This document shows, in pieces, positions 23,660 through 39,000 of a stretch of 64,000 nt of DNA. The notes under the pieces are model-generated. The model saw nothing but the letters and a program-made list of their open reading frames with translations. It made no database searches and had not been told where the DNA came from. The position numbers were made by a program, and so were the translations under genes. The stretch lies in assembly GCF_009914755.1 (NCBI RefSeq), contig NC_060944.1. One strand, given 5' to 3'. Position 1 is the first letter of the stretch. Each line of letters begins with the position of its first letter. The stretch is from the human T2T-CHM13v2.0 reference genome, Homo sapiens.

Positions 23660-26600
23660 GCCTCAAAGCAGTCCAAATATCCACTTGCATATTTTATGAA
23701 AAGAGTGTTTCAAAACTGCTCTATGAAAAGGTTTGTTCAACTCTTTCAATTGAATGCAAACATTACAGAGAAGTTTTTGAGAATGCTTCTGTCTAGTTTT
23801 TATGTGAAGATATTTCCTTTTCCACCAAAGGCCTCAAAGCTCTACCAATGTCCACTTGGAGATTCTACAAAAAGAGAGTTTCAAAATTGCTCTATCAAAA
23901 GAAAGGTTCAAATTCGTGAGTTTAATGCACACATCACAAAGAAGTTTCTGAGAATAGTTCTGTCTTGTTTTTATGTGAATATATTCCCGTTTCCATCGAA
24001 AGCCTCAAAGCAGTCCAAATATCCACTTGCAGATTCTACGAAAAGAGTGTTTCAAAACTGCTCTATGAAAAGACATGTTCATCTCCATGAGTTGAATGCA
24101 AACAGCACAAAGAAGTTTCTGAGAATGCTTTTGTCTGGTTTTTATGTGAATATATTCCCGTTTCCATCGAAAGCCTCAAAGCAGTCCAAATATCCACTTG
24201 CAGATTCTACGAAAAGAGTGTTTCAAAACTGCTCTCTGAAAAGGTATGTTCACCTCTGTGAGTGTAATGCAAACATCAAAAAGATGTTTCTGAGAATGCT
24301 GTTGTCTAGTTGTTATGTGAAGCTATTTCCTTTTCCACCATAGGCCTCAAAGCTCTCCAAATGTCCACTTGCAGATTCCACAAAAAGAGTTTTTCATAAC
24401 TGCTCTGTCAAAAGAATGGTTCAACTCTGTGAGTTGAATGCACACATCACAATGAAGATTCTGAGAATGCTTCTGTCTAGTGTTTAAAGAAAGACATTCC
24501 CGTTTCAAAGGAAGACCTCAAAGCAGTCCAAATATCCACCTGCAGATTCTACGAGAAGAGTGTTTCATAACTACTCTATGAACAGTAAGTTCAACTCTGT
24601 GAGTTGAATGCAAACATCAAAAAGAAGTTTCTGAGAATGCTTCTGTCTAGATTTTCTGTGTAGATATTTACTTCTCCACCATAGGTCTCAAAGCTCTCCA
24701 AATGTCCACTTGCAGATTCTACAAAAAGAGTGTTTCAAAACTGCTCTATCAAAATAAAGGTTCAACTCTGTGAGTTGAATGCACACATCACAAAGAAGTT
24801 ACTGTGAATACTTCCATCTTGTTTTTATGTGAAGATATTCCTGGTTCCAATGAAGGCCTCAAAGCATTCCAAATATCCACTTGCAGATTCTACGAGAAGA
24901 GTGTTTCATAACTGCTCTATGAACAGGTAAGTTCAACTCTGTGAGTTGAATGCAAACATCACAAAAAGTTTCTGAGAATGCTTCTCTCTGGATTTTCTTT
25001 GTAGATATTTACATTTCCACCGTAGACCTCAAAGCAGTCCAAATATATACTTGCAGATTCTACGAAAAGAGTGTTTCAAAACTGCTCTATGAAAAGGTAT
25101 GTTGAAATCTATGAGTTGAATTTAGACATCAGAGAGGAGTTTCTGGGAATGCTTCTGTTTACTTTTTATGTCAAGATATTCCCTTTTCCAACGAAGGCCT
25201 CAAAGCAGTCCAAATATTCAATTGCAGATTCTACGACGAGAGTGTTTCAAAACTGCTCTATGAAAAGAAAGGTTCAAATCTGTGAGTTGAATGCACACAT
25301 CACAAAGAAGTTTCTGAGAATCCTTTTGTCTAATTTTTAAGTGAAGATATTCCCATTTCAAACGAAGGCCCCAAAGCAGTTTAAATACCCACTTTCATAT
25401 TAACGAAAAGAGTGTTTCAAAACTGCTCTATGAAAAGTTATGTTCAACTCTGTGAGTTGAATGCACACATCACAAAGAAGTTTCTGAGAATGCTTCTGTC
25501 TAGTTTTTATGTGAAGATATTCCCTTTTCCAACGAAGGCCTCACAGCAGCCCAAATATCCACTTGCATATACTACGAAAAGAGTGTTTCAAAACTGCTCT
25601 ATCAAAAGAAAGAAAGGTTCACCTCTGTGAGTTAAATGCACACACCACAAAGATGTTTCGGAGAATGGTTCTGTCTAGTTATTATGTGAGAATATTCCCA
25701 TTTCCAGCGAAGGCCTCAAAGCAGTCCAAATATCCACTTGCATATTCTATGAAAAGAGTGTTTCAAAACTGCCTATGAAAAGGTTTGTTCAACTCTTTCA
25801 ATTGAATGCAAACATTACAGAGAAGTTTTTGAGAATGCTTCTGTCTAGTTTTTATGTGAAGATATTTCGTTTTCCACCATATGCCTCAAAGCTCTCCAAA
25901 TGTCCACTTGGAGATTCTACAAAAAGAGTGTTTCAAAACTGCTCTATCAAAAGAAAGGTTCAACTCTTTGAGTTGAATGCACGGATCACAAAGTAGTTTC
26001 TGAGAATGCTTCTGTCTAATTTTTATGTGAAGATATTTCCATTTCCAACGAAGGCCTCAAATCAATCCAAATATCCACCTGCAGATTCTACGAGAAGAGT
26101 GTTTCATAACTGCTCTATGAACAGTAAGTTCAACTCTGTGACTTGAATGCAAACATCAAAAAGAAGTTTCTGAGAATGCTTCTGTCTGGATTTTCTGTGT
26201 AGATACTTACTTTTCCACCAAAGGTCTCAAAGCTCTCCAAATGTCCACTTGCAGATTCTACAAAAAGAGTGTTTCAAAACTGCTCTATCAAAATAAAGGT
26301 TCAACTCTGTGAGTTGAATGCGCACATCACAAAGAAGTTACTGTGAATGCTTCCGTCTTGTTTTTATGTGAAGATATTTCCTTTTCCACAGTAGGCCTCT
26401 AAGCATTCCAAATATCCACTTGCAGATTCTACGAAAAGAGTGTTTCGTAACTGCTCTATGAACAGGTAAGTTCAACTCTGTGAGTTGAATGCAAACATCA
26501 CAAAAAGTTTCTGAGAATGCTTCTCTCTGGATTTTCTTTGTAGATATTTACTTTTCCACCATAGGCCTCAAAGCAGTCAAAATATACACTTGCAGATTCT

Positions 26601-27059
26601 ATGAAAAGAGTGTTTCAAAACTGCTCTATGAAAAGGTATGTTGAACTCTACGAGTTGAATGCCGACATCACAGAGAAGTTTCTGGGAATGCTTCTGTTTA
26701 CTTTTTATGTCAAGATATTCCCTTTTCCAACGAAGGCCTCAAAGCAGTCCAAATATTCAATTGCAGATTCTACGACGAGAGTGTTTCAAAACTTCTCTAT
26801 GAAAAGAAAGGTTCAAATCTGTGAGTTGAATGCACACATCACAAAGAAGTTTCTGAGAATCCTTTTGTCTAACTTTTATGTGAAGATATTCCCATTTCAA
26901 ACGAAGGCCCCAAAGCAGTTTAAATATCCACTTTCATATTAACGAAAAGAGTGTTTCAAAACTTCTCTATGAAAAGCTATGTTCCACTCTGTGAGTTGAA
27001 TGCACACATCACAACGAAGTTTCTGAGAATGCTTCTGTCTAGTTTTTATGTGAAGATAC

Positions 27060-27076
27060 TCCCGTTTCCAACGAAG
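27060..27076 (-). promoter_or_regulatory. Canonical CENP-B box
   Basis: TCCCGTTTCCAACGAAG on the + strand. Confidence 0.9.
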
Positions 27077-27230
27077 GCCTCAAAGCAGTCCAAATATACA
27101 CTTGCATATTTTACGAAAAGAGTGTTCCAATACTGCTCTATTAAAAGGTAAGGTCAATTCTGTGAATTGAATGCACACATCACAAAGAAGTTTCTGAGAA
27201 TGCTTCTGTCTAGTTTTTATGTGAAGATAT

Positions 27231-27247
27231 TCCCGTTTCCAACGAAG
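27231..27247 (-). promoter_or_regulatory. Canonical CENP-B box, the last canonical one I found in the window
   Basis: TCCCGTTTCCAACGAAG on the + strand, 171 bp after the 27060 box. Confidence 0.88.
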
Positions 27248-28251
27248 GCCTGAAAGCAGTCCAAATATCCACTTGCATATACTATGAAAAGAGTGTTTCA
27301 AAACTGCCCTATGAAAAGGTATGTTCAAATTTGTGAGTCGAATGCAAACATCACAAAGAAGTCACTGAGAACGCTTCTGTCTAGTCTTTATGTGTAGATA
27401 TTTCGTTTTCCACCATAGGCCTCAAAGCTCTCCAAATGTCAAATTGCAGATTCTACAAAAAGAGTGTTTCAAAACTACTCTATCAAGAAAAAGTTTCAAC
27501 TCTGTGTGTTGAACGCACACATCACAAAGAAGTTTCTGAGAATGCTTCTGTCTAGTTTTTATGTGAAGACCTTCCCGTTTCCAACAAAGGCCTCAAAGCA
27601 GTGCAAATATCCACTTGCAGATTCTAAGAAAAGAATGTTTTAAAACTGCTGTACGAAAGGTATGTTCAACTCTTTGAGTTGAATGCAAACGTCACAAAGA
27701 AGTTTCTGAGAATGCTTCTGTCTAGTTTTTATGTGAAGATATTTCCTTTTCCACTATAGGCCTCTAAGCTTTCCCAATGTCCACTTGCAGATTCTACAAA
27801 AAGAGGGCTTCAAAACTGCTCTATCAAAAGAAAGAAAGGTTCAACTCTGTGAGTTAAATGCACACATCACAAAGACGTTTCGGAGAATGCTTCTGTCTAA
27901 TTTTTATGTGAGGATATTCCCATTTCCAACGAAGGCCTCAAAGCAGTCCAAACATCCACTTGCAGATTCTACGAAAAGAGAGTTTCAATACAGCTCTATG
28001 TAAAGGTATGTTTATCTCTATGAGTTGAATGCACACATCACAAAGTAGTTTCTGAGAATGCTTGTGTCCTCTTTCTATGTGAAGATGTTCCTGTTTCCAA
28101 CGAAGGCCTCAAAGCAGTCCAAATATCCACTTGCAGATTCTATGAAAAGAGTTTTTCAATACTGCTCTATGAAAAGTTATGTTCAACCCTGTGAGTTTAA
28201 TGCAAACATCACAAAGAAGTTTCTGAGAATGCTTCTGTCTTGTTTATATGT

Positions 28252-28398
28252 GAAGGAGAAATAAAATACTTTTCTGACAAGCAAATGCTGAGAGATTTTG
28301 ACACCACCAGGCCTGCCCTAAAAGAGCTCCTGAAGGAAGCACTAAACATGGAAAGGAATAGCTGGTACCAGCCACTGCAAAATCATGCCAAAATGTAA
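28252..28398 (+). pseudogene. L1 ORF1p C-terminal fragment
   Basis: Reads EGEIKYFSDKQMLRDFDTTRPALKELLKEALNMERNSWYQPLQNHAKM-stop, the young-L1PA ORF1p C-terminus. Confidence 0.92.
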
Positions 28399-28461
28399 AG
28401 ACCATCGAGACTAGGAAAAAACTGCATCAACTAACGAGCAAAATAACCAGCTAACATCATA

Positions 28462-32279
<3,818 letters not shown>

Positions 32280-32507
32280 ACAATGATAACACATGGACAC
32301 AGGAAGGGGAACATCACACACTGGGGCCTGTTGTGGGTTGTGGGGAGAGGGGAAGGATAGCATTGGGAGATATACCTAATGTTAGATGACGAGTTAGTGG
32401 GTGCAGCGCACCAACATGGCACATGTATACATATGCAACTAACCTGCACATTGTGCACATGTATCCTAAAACTTAAAGTACAATAATAATAAATAAATAA
32501 AAATTAA

Positions 32508-35500
32508 AAAAAGAGTGTTTCAAAACTACTCTATCAACAGAAAATTTCAACTCTGTGAGTTGAATGCACACAGTACAAAAAAGTTTCTGAGAATGCTCCT
32601 GTCTAGTTTTTATGTGAGGATATTTCCTTTTCCACCATAGGCCTCAAAGCACTCCAAATATCCACATTCAGATTCTAGAAAAAGGGTGTCGCGAAACTGT
32701 TCTATCAAAAAAAAAAAAAAAAAAAAGTTCACCTCTGTGAGTTCAATGCATACATCACAAATAAGTTTCTGAGAATGCTTCTGTTGAGTTTTAATGTGAA
32801 AATATTTCCTTTTCCACTATAGGCCTCAAAACGCTCCAAATATCCACGTTCAGATTCTAGAAAAAGAGTGTTTCAGTGAAGATATTTCCTTTTCCACCAT
32901 AGGCCTCAAAACGCTAAAAATATCCACTTTCAGTTTCTACAAAAAGAGTGTTTCAAAACTCGTATTTCAAAGAAATGTTCAACACTGTGAGTAGAACGCA
33001 CTCATCGAAAGAAGTTTCTGGGAATGCTTCTGTCTAATTTTTATGTGAGGATATTTCCTTTCCCACCATAGACCTCAAAGCTCTCCAAATATCCAGTTGC
33101 AGATTCCACAAAAAGAGTGTTTCAAAACTGCTCTAACAAAACAAAGGTTCAACTTTGTGAGATGAATGAACACATCAGAAATAAGTTTCTGAGAATGTTT
33201 CTGATCTAGTTTTTATATGAAGGTGTTTCCCTTTCCACCATAGGCCTCAAAGCACTCCAAATATTCACTTGCAGATTCTACAAAAGGAGTGTTTCAAAAC
33301 TGCTCAATCAAAGGAAAATTTCAACTCTGTGAGTTGAATACACACAACACAAAGAAGTTTCTGAGAATGCTTCTGTCTAGTTTTCATTTGATGATATTTC
33401 CTTTTCCACCATAGGCCTCAGAGCACTCCAAATATCCACTTGCAGATCCTACAAAAAGAGTGTTTCAAAACTGCTCTATCAAGAGAAAGGTTCAGCTCTG
33501 TGAGTTGAATTCACTCATCACAAAGAAGTTTCGGAGAATGCTTTTCTCTAGTTTTTATGTGAAGATATTTCCTTTACCACCATAGGCCTCAAAGCGCTCC
33601 AAATATGCACTTGCAGATTCTATAAAAAGAGTGTTTTAAAACTGCTCTATCATAAGGAAGGTTCAACTCTCTGAGTTGAATGGACTCATCACCAAGAAGT
33701 TTCTGAGAATGCATCTGTCCAGTTTTTATGTGAAGATATTTCCTTTTCCGCCAAAGGCCTCAAACCCTCCAAATATCCACTTGCAGATACCACAAAAATA
33801 GTGTTTCAAAACTGCTCAATCAAAGGAAATATTCAACTCGGTGAGTTGAATGCACACAACACAAAGATGTTTCTGAGAATTCTTCAGTCAAGTTTTAATG
33901 TGAGGATATTTACTTTTCCAACATAGGCCTCAAATCGCTCCAGAATCCATTTTCAGAATCTACGAAAAGAGTGTTTCAAAATTGCTCCATAAAAAGAAAC
34001 TTTCAACTTTTTGAATAGAATGCACTCATCACAAAGTAGTTTCTGAGAATGTTTCTGTCAACTTTTTATGTGAAGATATTTTGTTTTCCTCCATAGGCCA
34101 CAAAGCGCTCCAAATATCCACTTGCATATTCTAAAAAAAAAGTGTTTCAAAACTGCTCTTCGAAACAAAGGTTTAACACTGCGAGTTGAATGCACACATT
34201 ACAAGAAAGATTCTGAGAATGCTTCTGTCTAGTTTTTATGTGAAGATAGTTCCTATTACACCATAGGCATCAAAGCGATTCAAATATCCACTGGCAGATT
34301 CTACAAAAAGAGTGTTTCAAAACTGCTCGATCAAAGGAATGGTTCAACTCCGTGCGTTGCATTTACACAACACAAACAAGTCTCTGAGAATGCTTCTGTC
34401 TAGTTTTTATATGAGGATATTTGTTTTTCCACCATAGGCCTCAAAGCGCTGCAAATATCCACTTGCAGATTCTACAAAAAGTGTGTTTCAAAACTGATCT
34501 ATCTAAAGAAAGTTTGAACAGTGTGAGTTGAATGCACACATCACAAAGGAGTTTCTAAGAATGCTTCTGCTCCAGTTTTTTTGTGAAGGTGTTTCCTTTT
34601 CCACCATAGGCCTCAAAGCGCTCCAAATATCCACTTGCAGATTCTACAAAAAGTGTGTTTCAAAACTGATCTATCTAAAGAAAGTTTGAACAGTGTCAGT
34701 TGAATGCACACATCACAAAGGAGTTTCTAAGAATGCTTCTGCTCCAGTTTTTTTGTGAAGGTGTTTCCTTTTCCACCATAGGCCTCAAAGCGCTCCAAAT
34801 ATCCACTTGCAGATTCTACAAAAAGAGTGTTTCAAAACTGCTCAATCAAAGGAAAAATACAACTCTGTGAGTTGAATGCACACAACACAAATTAGTTACT
34901 GACAATGCTTCTGCCTAGTTTCTATGTGAAGATATTTCCTTTTCCACCATAGGCCTCAAAGCACTCCAAATATCCACTTTCAGATTCTAGAAAAAGAGTG
35001 TTTTAAAACTGCTCTATCAAAAGAAAGGCTCAACTCTGTGAGTTGAATGCACTTATCACAAAGAAGTTTCTGAGAATGCTTCCATCTAGTTTTTATGTGA
35101 AGATATTTCCTTTTCCTCCATAGGCCTCAAAGCGCTCCAAATATCCACTTTCAGATTCTAGAAAAAGAGTGTTTTAAAACTGCTCTATCAAAAGAAAGGC
35201 TCAACTCTGTGGGTTGAATGCACTTATCACAAAGAAGTTTCTGAGAATGCTTCTGTCTAGTTTTTATGTGAAGATATTTCCTTTTCCACTATAAGCCTCA
35301 AAGCGCTCCAAATATCTACTTGCAGATTCTACAAAAAGAGTGTTTCAAAACTGCTCTACGAAAGAAAGGTTCAACTCTGTGAGTTGAATTCACACATCGC
35401 AAAGAACTTTCTGAGAATACTTCTGTCTAGTCTTTATGTGAAGATATTTCCTTTTACACCATAGGCCTTAAACCGCTCCAAATGTCCACTTGCAGATTCT

Positions 35501-36090
35501 ACAAAAAGACTTTTTCAAAACTGCTCAATCAAAGGAAAGGTCAACTCTGTGAGTTGAATGCACACAACACAAACAAGTTTCTGAGCATGCTGCTGTCTAG
35601 TTTTTATGTGTGGATATTTCCTTTTCCACGGTAGGCATCAAAGCCCTCCAAATATCCAATTGCAGATTCTACAAAAATAGTGTTTCAAAACTGCTCTATC
35701 AAAAAACTCAAAGAGTTGAATGCACACATCACAAAGAAGTTTCTGAGAATTCTTCTGCTATAGTTTTTTTGTAAAGGTGTTTCCTTTTCCACTATAGGCC
35801 TCAAAGCGCTCCAAATATCCACTTTCAGATTCCAGAAAAAGAGTGTTTTAAAACTGCTCTATCAACAGAAAGGTTCAAATCTGTGAGTTGAATGCACACA
35901 TCACAAAGAAGTTTCTGAGAATGCTTCTGTATAGTTTTTATGTGAAGATATTTCCTTTTCCACCATAAGCCTCAAAGCGCTCCAAATATCTACTTGCAGA
36001 TTCTACAAAAAGAGTGTTTCAAAACTGCTCTACGAAAGAAAGGTTCAACTCTGTGAGTTGATTTCACACATCACAAAGAAGTTTCTGAGA
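32508..36090 (-). repeat. Divergent A-type-only alpha satellite (SF4/Ga-like), transitional edge of the HOR array
   Basis: Every monomer has TTTCCTTTTCCACCATAGG-like pJalpha sequence and none has a CENP-B box. HOR-diagnostic motifs (CTCAATCAAAGGAAA, GAAGGTGTTTCC, GGCATCAAAG, TAAGCCTC, CTTTCAGATT) appear in irregular order. Confidence 0.88.
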
Positions 36091-39000
36091 ATGCTTCTGT
36101 ATAGTTTTTATGTGAAGATATTTCCTTTTACACCATAGGCCTCAAACTGCTCCAAATATCCACTTGTGGATTCTACAAAAAGACTTTCTCAAAACTGCTC
36201 AATCAAAGGAAAGGTTCAACTCTGTGAGTTGAATGCACACAACACAAACAAGTTTCTGAGAATGCTGCTGTCTAGATTTTATGTGCGGATATTTCGTTTT
36301 CCACCATAGGCATCAAAGCGCTCCAAATATCCAACTGCAGATTGTACAAAAATAGTGTTTCAAAACTGCTCTATCAAAAAAAAGGTTCAACTCTGTGAGT
36401 TGAATGCACACATCGCAAAGAAGCTTCTGAGAATGCTTCTGCTCTAGTTTTTTTTGTGAAGGTGTTTCCTTTTCCACCATAGGCCTCAAAGCGCTCCAAA
36501 TATCCACTTTCAGATTCCCGAAAAAGAGTGTTTTAAAACTCCTCTATCAACATAAATGTTCAACTCTGTGAGTTGAATGCACTCATCACAAAGATAGTTC
36601 TGAGAATGCTTCCGCCTAGTTTTTATGTGTAGGTATTTCCTTTTCCACCATAGGCCTCAAAGCACTCCAAATATCCACTTTCAGATTCTAGAAAAAGAGT
36701 GATTTAAAACTGCTCTATCAAAGAAAGGTTCGACTCTGTGAGTTGAATGCACTTATCACAAAGAAGTTTCTGAGAATGCTTCTGTCTAGTTTTTATGTGA
36801 AGATATTTCCTTTTCCACCATAAGCCTCAAAGCGCTCCAAATATCTACTTACAGATTCTACAAAAAGAGTTTCAAAACTGGTCTACAAAAGAAAGGTTCA
36901 ACTCTGTGAGTTGAATTCACACATCACAAAGAAGTTTCAGAGAATGCTTCTCTCTAGTTTTTATGTGAAGATATTTCCTTTTACACCATAGGCCTCAAAC
37001 CGCTCCAAATATCCACTTGCAGATTCTGCAAAAAGACTTTTTCAAAACTGCTCAATCAAAGGAAACGTCAACTCTGTGAGTTGAATGCACACATCACAAA
37101 CAAGTTTCTGAGAATGCTGCTGTCTAGTTTTTATGTGCGGATATTTCCTTTTCCACCATAGGCATCAAAGCGCTCCAAATATCCAACTGCAGATTCTACA
37201 AAAAGAGGGTTTCAAAACTGCTCTATCAAAGAAAGGTTCAACCCTGTGAGTTGAATGCACACATCACAAAGACGTTTCTGAGAATGCTTCTGCTCTAGTT
37301 TTTTTGTGAAGGTGTTTCTTTTTCCACCACAGGCCTCAAAGCGCTCCAAATATCCACTTGCAGATTCTTCAGAAAGAGTGTTTCAAAACTGCTCAATCAT
37401 AGGAAAAGTTCAACTCTGTGAGTTGAATGCACACAACACAAAGAAGTTTCTGAGAATGCTTCTGTCTAGTTTTTATGTGAAGATATTTCCTTTTACACCA
37501 TAGGCCTCAAACTGCTCCAAATATCCACTTGTGGATTCTACAAAAAGACTTTTTCAAAACTGCTCAATCAAAGGAAAGGTTCAACTCTGTGAGTTGAATG
37601 CACACAACACAAACAAGTTTCTGAGAATGCTGCTGTCTAGATTTTATGTGCGGATATTTCGTTTTCCACCATAGGCATCAAAGCGCTCCAAATATCCAAC
37701 CGCAGATTGTACAAAAATAGTGTTTCAAAACTGCTCTATCAAAAAAAATGGTTCAACTCTGTGAGTTGAATGCACACATCACAAAGACGTTTCTGAGAAT
37801 GCTTCTGCTCTAGTTTTTTTTGTGAAGGTGTTTCCTTTTCCACCATAGGCCTCAAAGCGCTCCAAATATCCACTTTCAGATTCCTGAAAAAGAGTGTTTT
37901 AAAACTCCTCTATCAACATAAGTGTTCAACTCTGTGAGTTGAATGCACTCATCACAAAGATATTTCTGAGAATGCTTCCGCCTAGTTTTTATGTGTAGGT
38001 ATTTCCTTTTCCACCATATGCCTCAGAGCACTCCAAATATCCACATTCAGATTGTAGAAAAAGAGAGATTTAAAACTGCTCTATCAACAGAAAGGTTCGA
38101 CTCTGTGAGTTGAATGCACTTATCACAAAGAAGTTTCTGAGAATGCTTCTGTCTAGTTTTTATGTGAAGATATTTCCTTTTCCACCATAAGCCTCAAAGC
38201 GCTCCAAATATCTACTTACAGATTCTACAAAAAGAGTTTCAAAACTGCTCTACAAAAGAAAGGTTCAACTCTGTGAGTTGAATTCACACATCACAAAGAA
38301 GTTTCAGAGAATGCTTCTGTCTAGTTTTTATGTGAATATATTTCCTTTTACACCATAGGCCTCAAACCGCTGCAAATATCCACTTGCAGATTCTGCAAAA
38401 AGACTTTTTCAAAACTGCTCAATCAAAGGAAAGGTTCAACTCTGTGAGTTGAATGCACACCACACAAACAAGTTTCTGAGAATGCTGCTGTCTAGATTTT
38501 ATGTGCGGATATTTCGTTTTCCACCATAGGCATCAAAGCGCTCCAAATATCCAACCGCAGATTGTACAAAAATAGTGTTTCAAAACTGCTCTATGAAAAA
38601 AAAAGGTTCAACTCTGTGAGTTGAATGCACACATCACAAAGAAGTTTCTGAGAATGCTTCTGCTCTAGTTTTTTTTGTGAATGTTTTTCCTTTTCCACCA
38701 TAGGCCTCAAAGCGCTCCAAATATCCACTTTCAGATTCCTGAAAAAGAGTGTTTTAAAACTCCTCTATCAACATAAATGTTCAACTCTGTGAGTTGAATG
38801 CACTCATCACAAAGATATTTCTGAGAATGCTTCCGCCTAGTTTTTATGTGTAGGTATTTCCTTTTCCACCATAGGCCTCAGAGCACTCCAAATATCCACT
38901 TTCAGATTCTAGAAAAAGAGTGATTTTAAACTGCTCTATCAACAGAAAGTTTCGACTCTGTGAGTTGAATGCACTTATCACAAAGAAGTTTCTGAGAATG

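Larger units (their letters stand above)
23111..28255 (-). repeat. Divergent alpha satellite rich in B-type monomers (SF5-like), reverse orientation
   Basis: Many TTCCCGTTTCCAACGAAGGCCTCAAAGCAGTCC-type monomers, often consecutive, plus internal older duplications (for example offset 1539). Confidence 0.95.
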
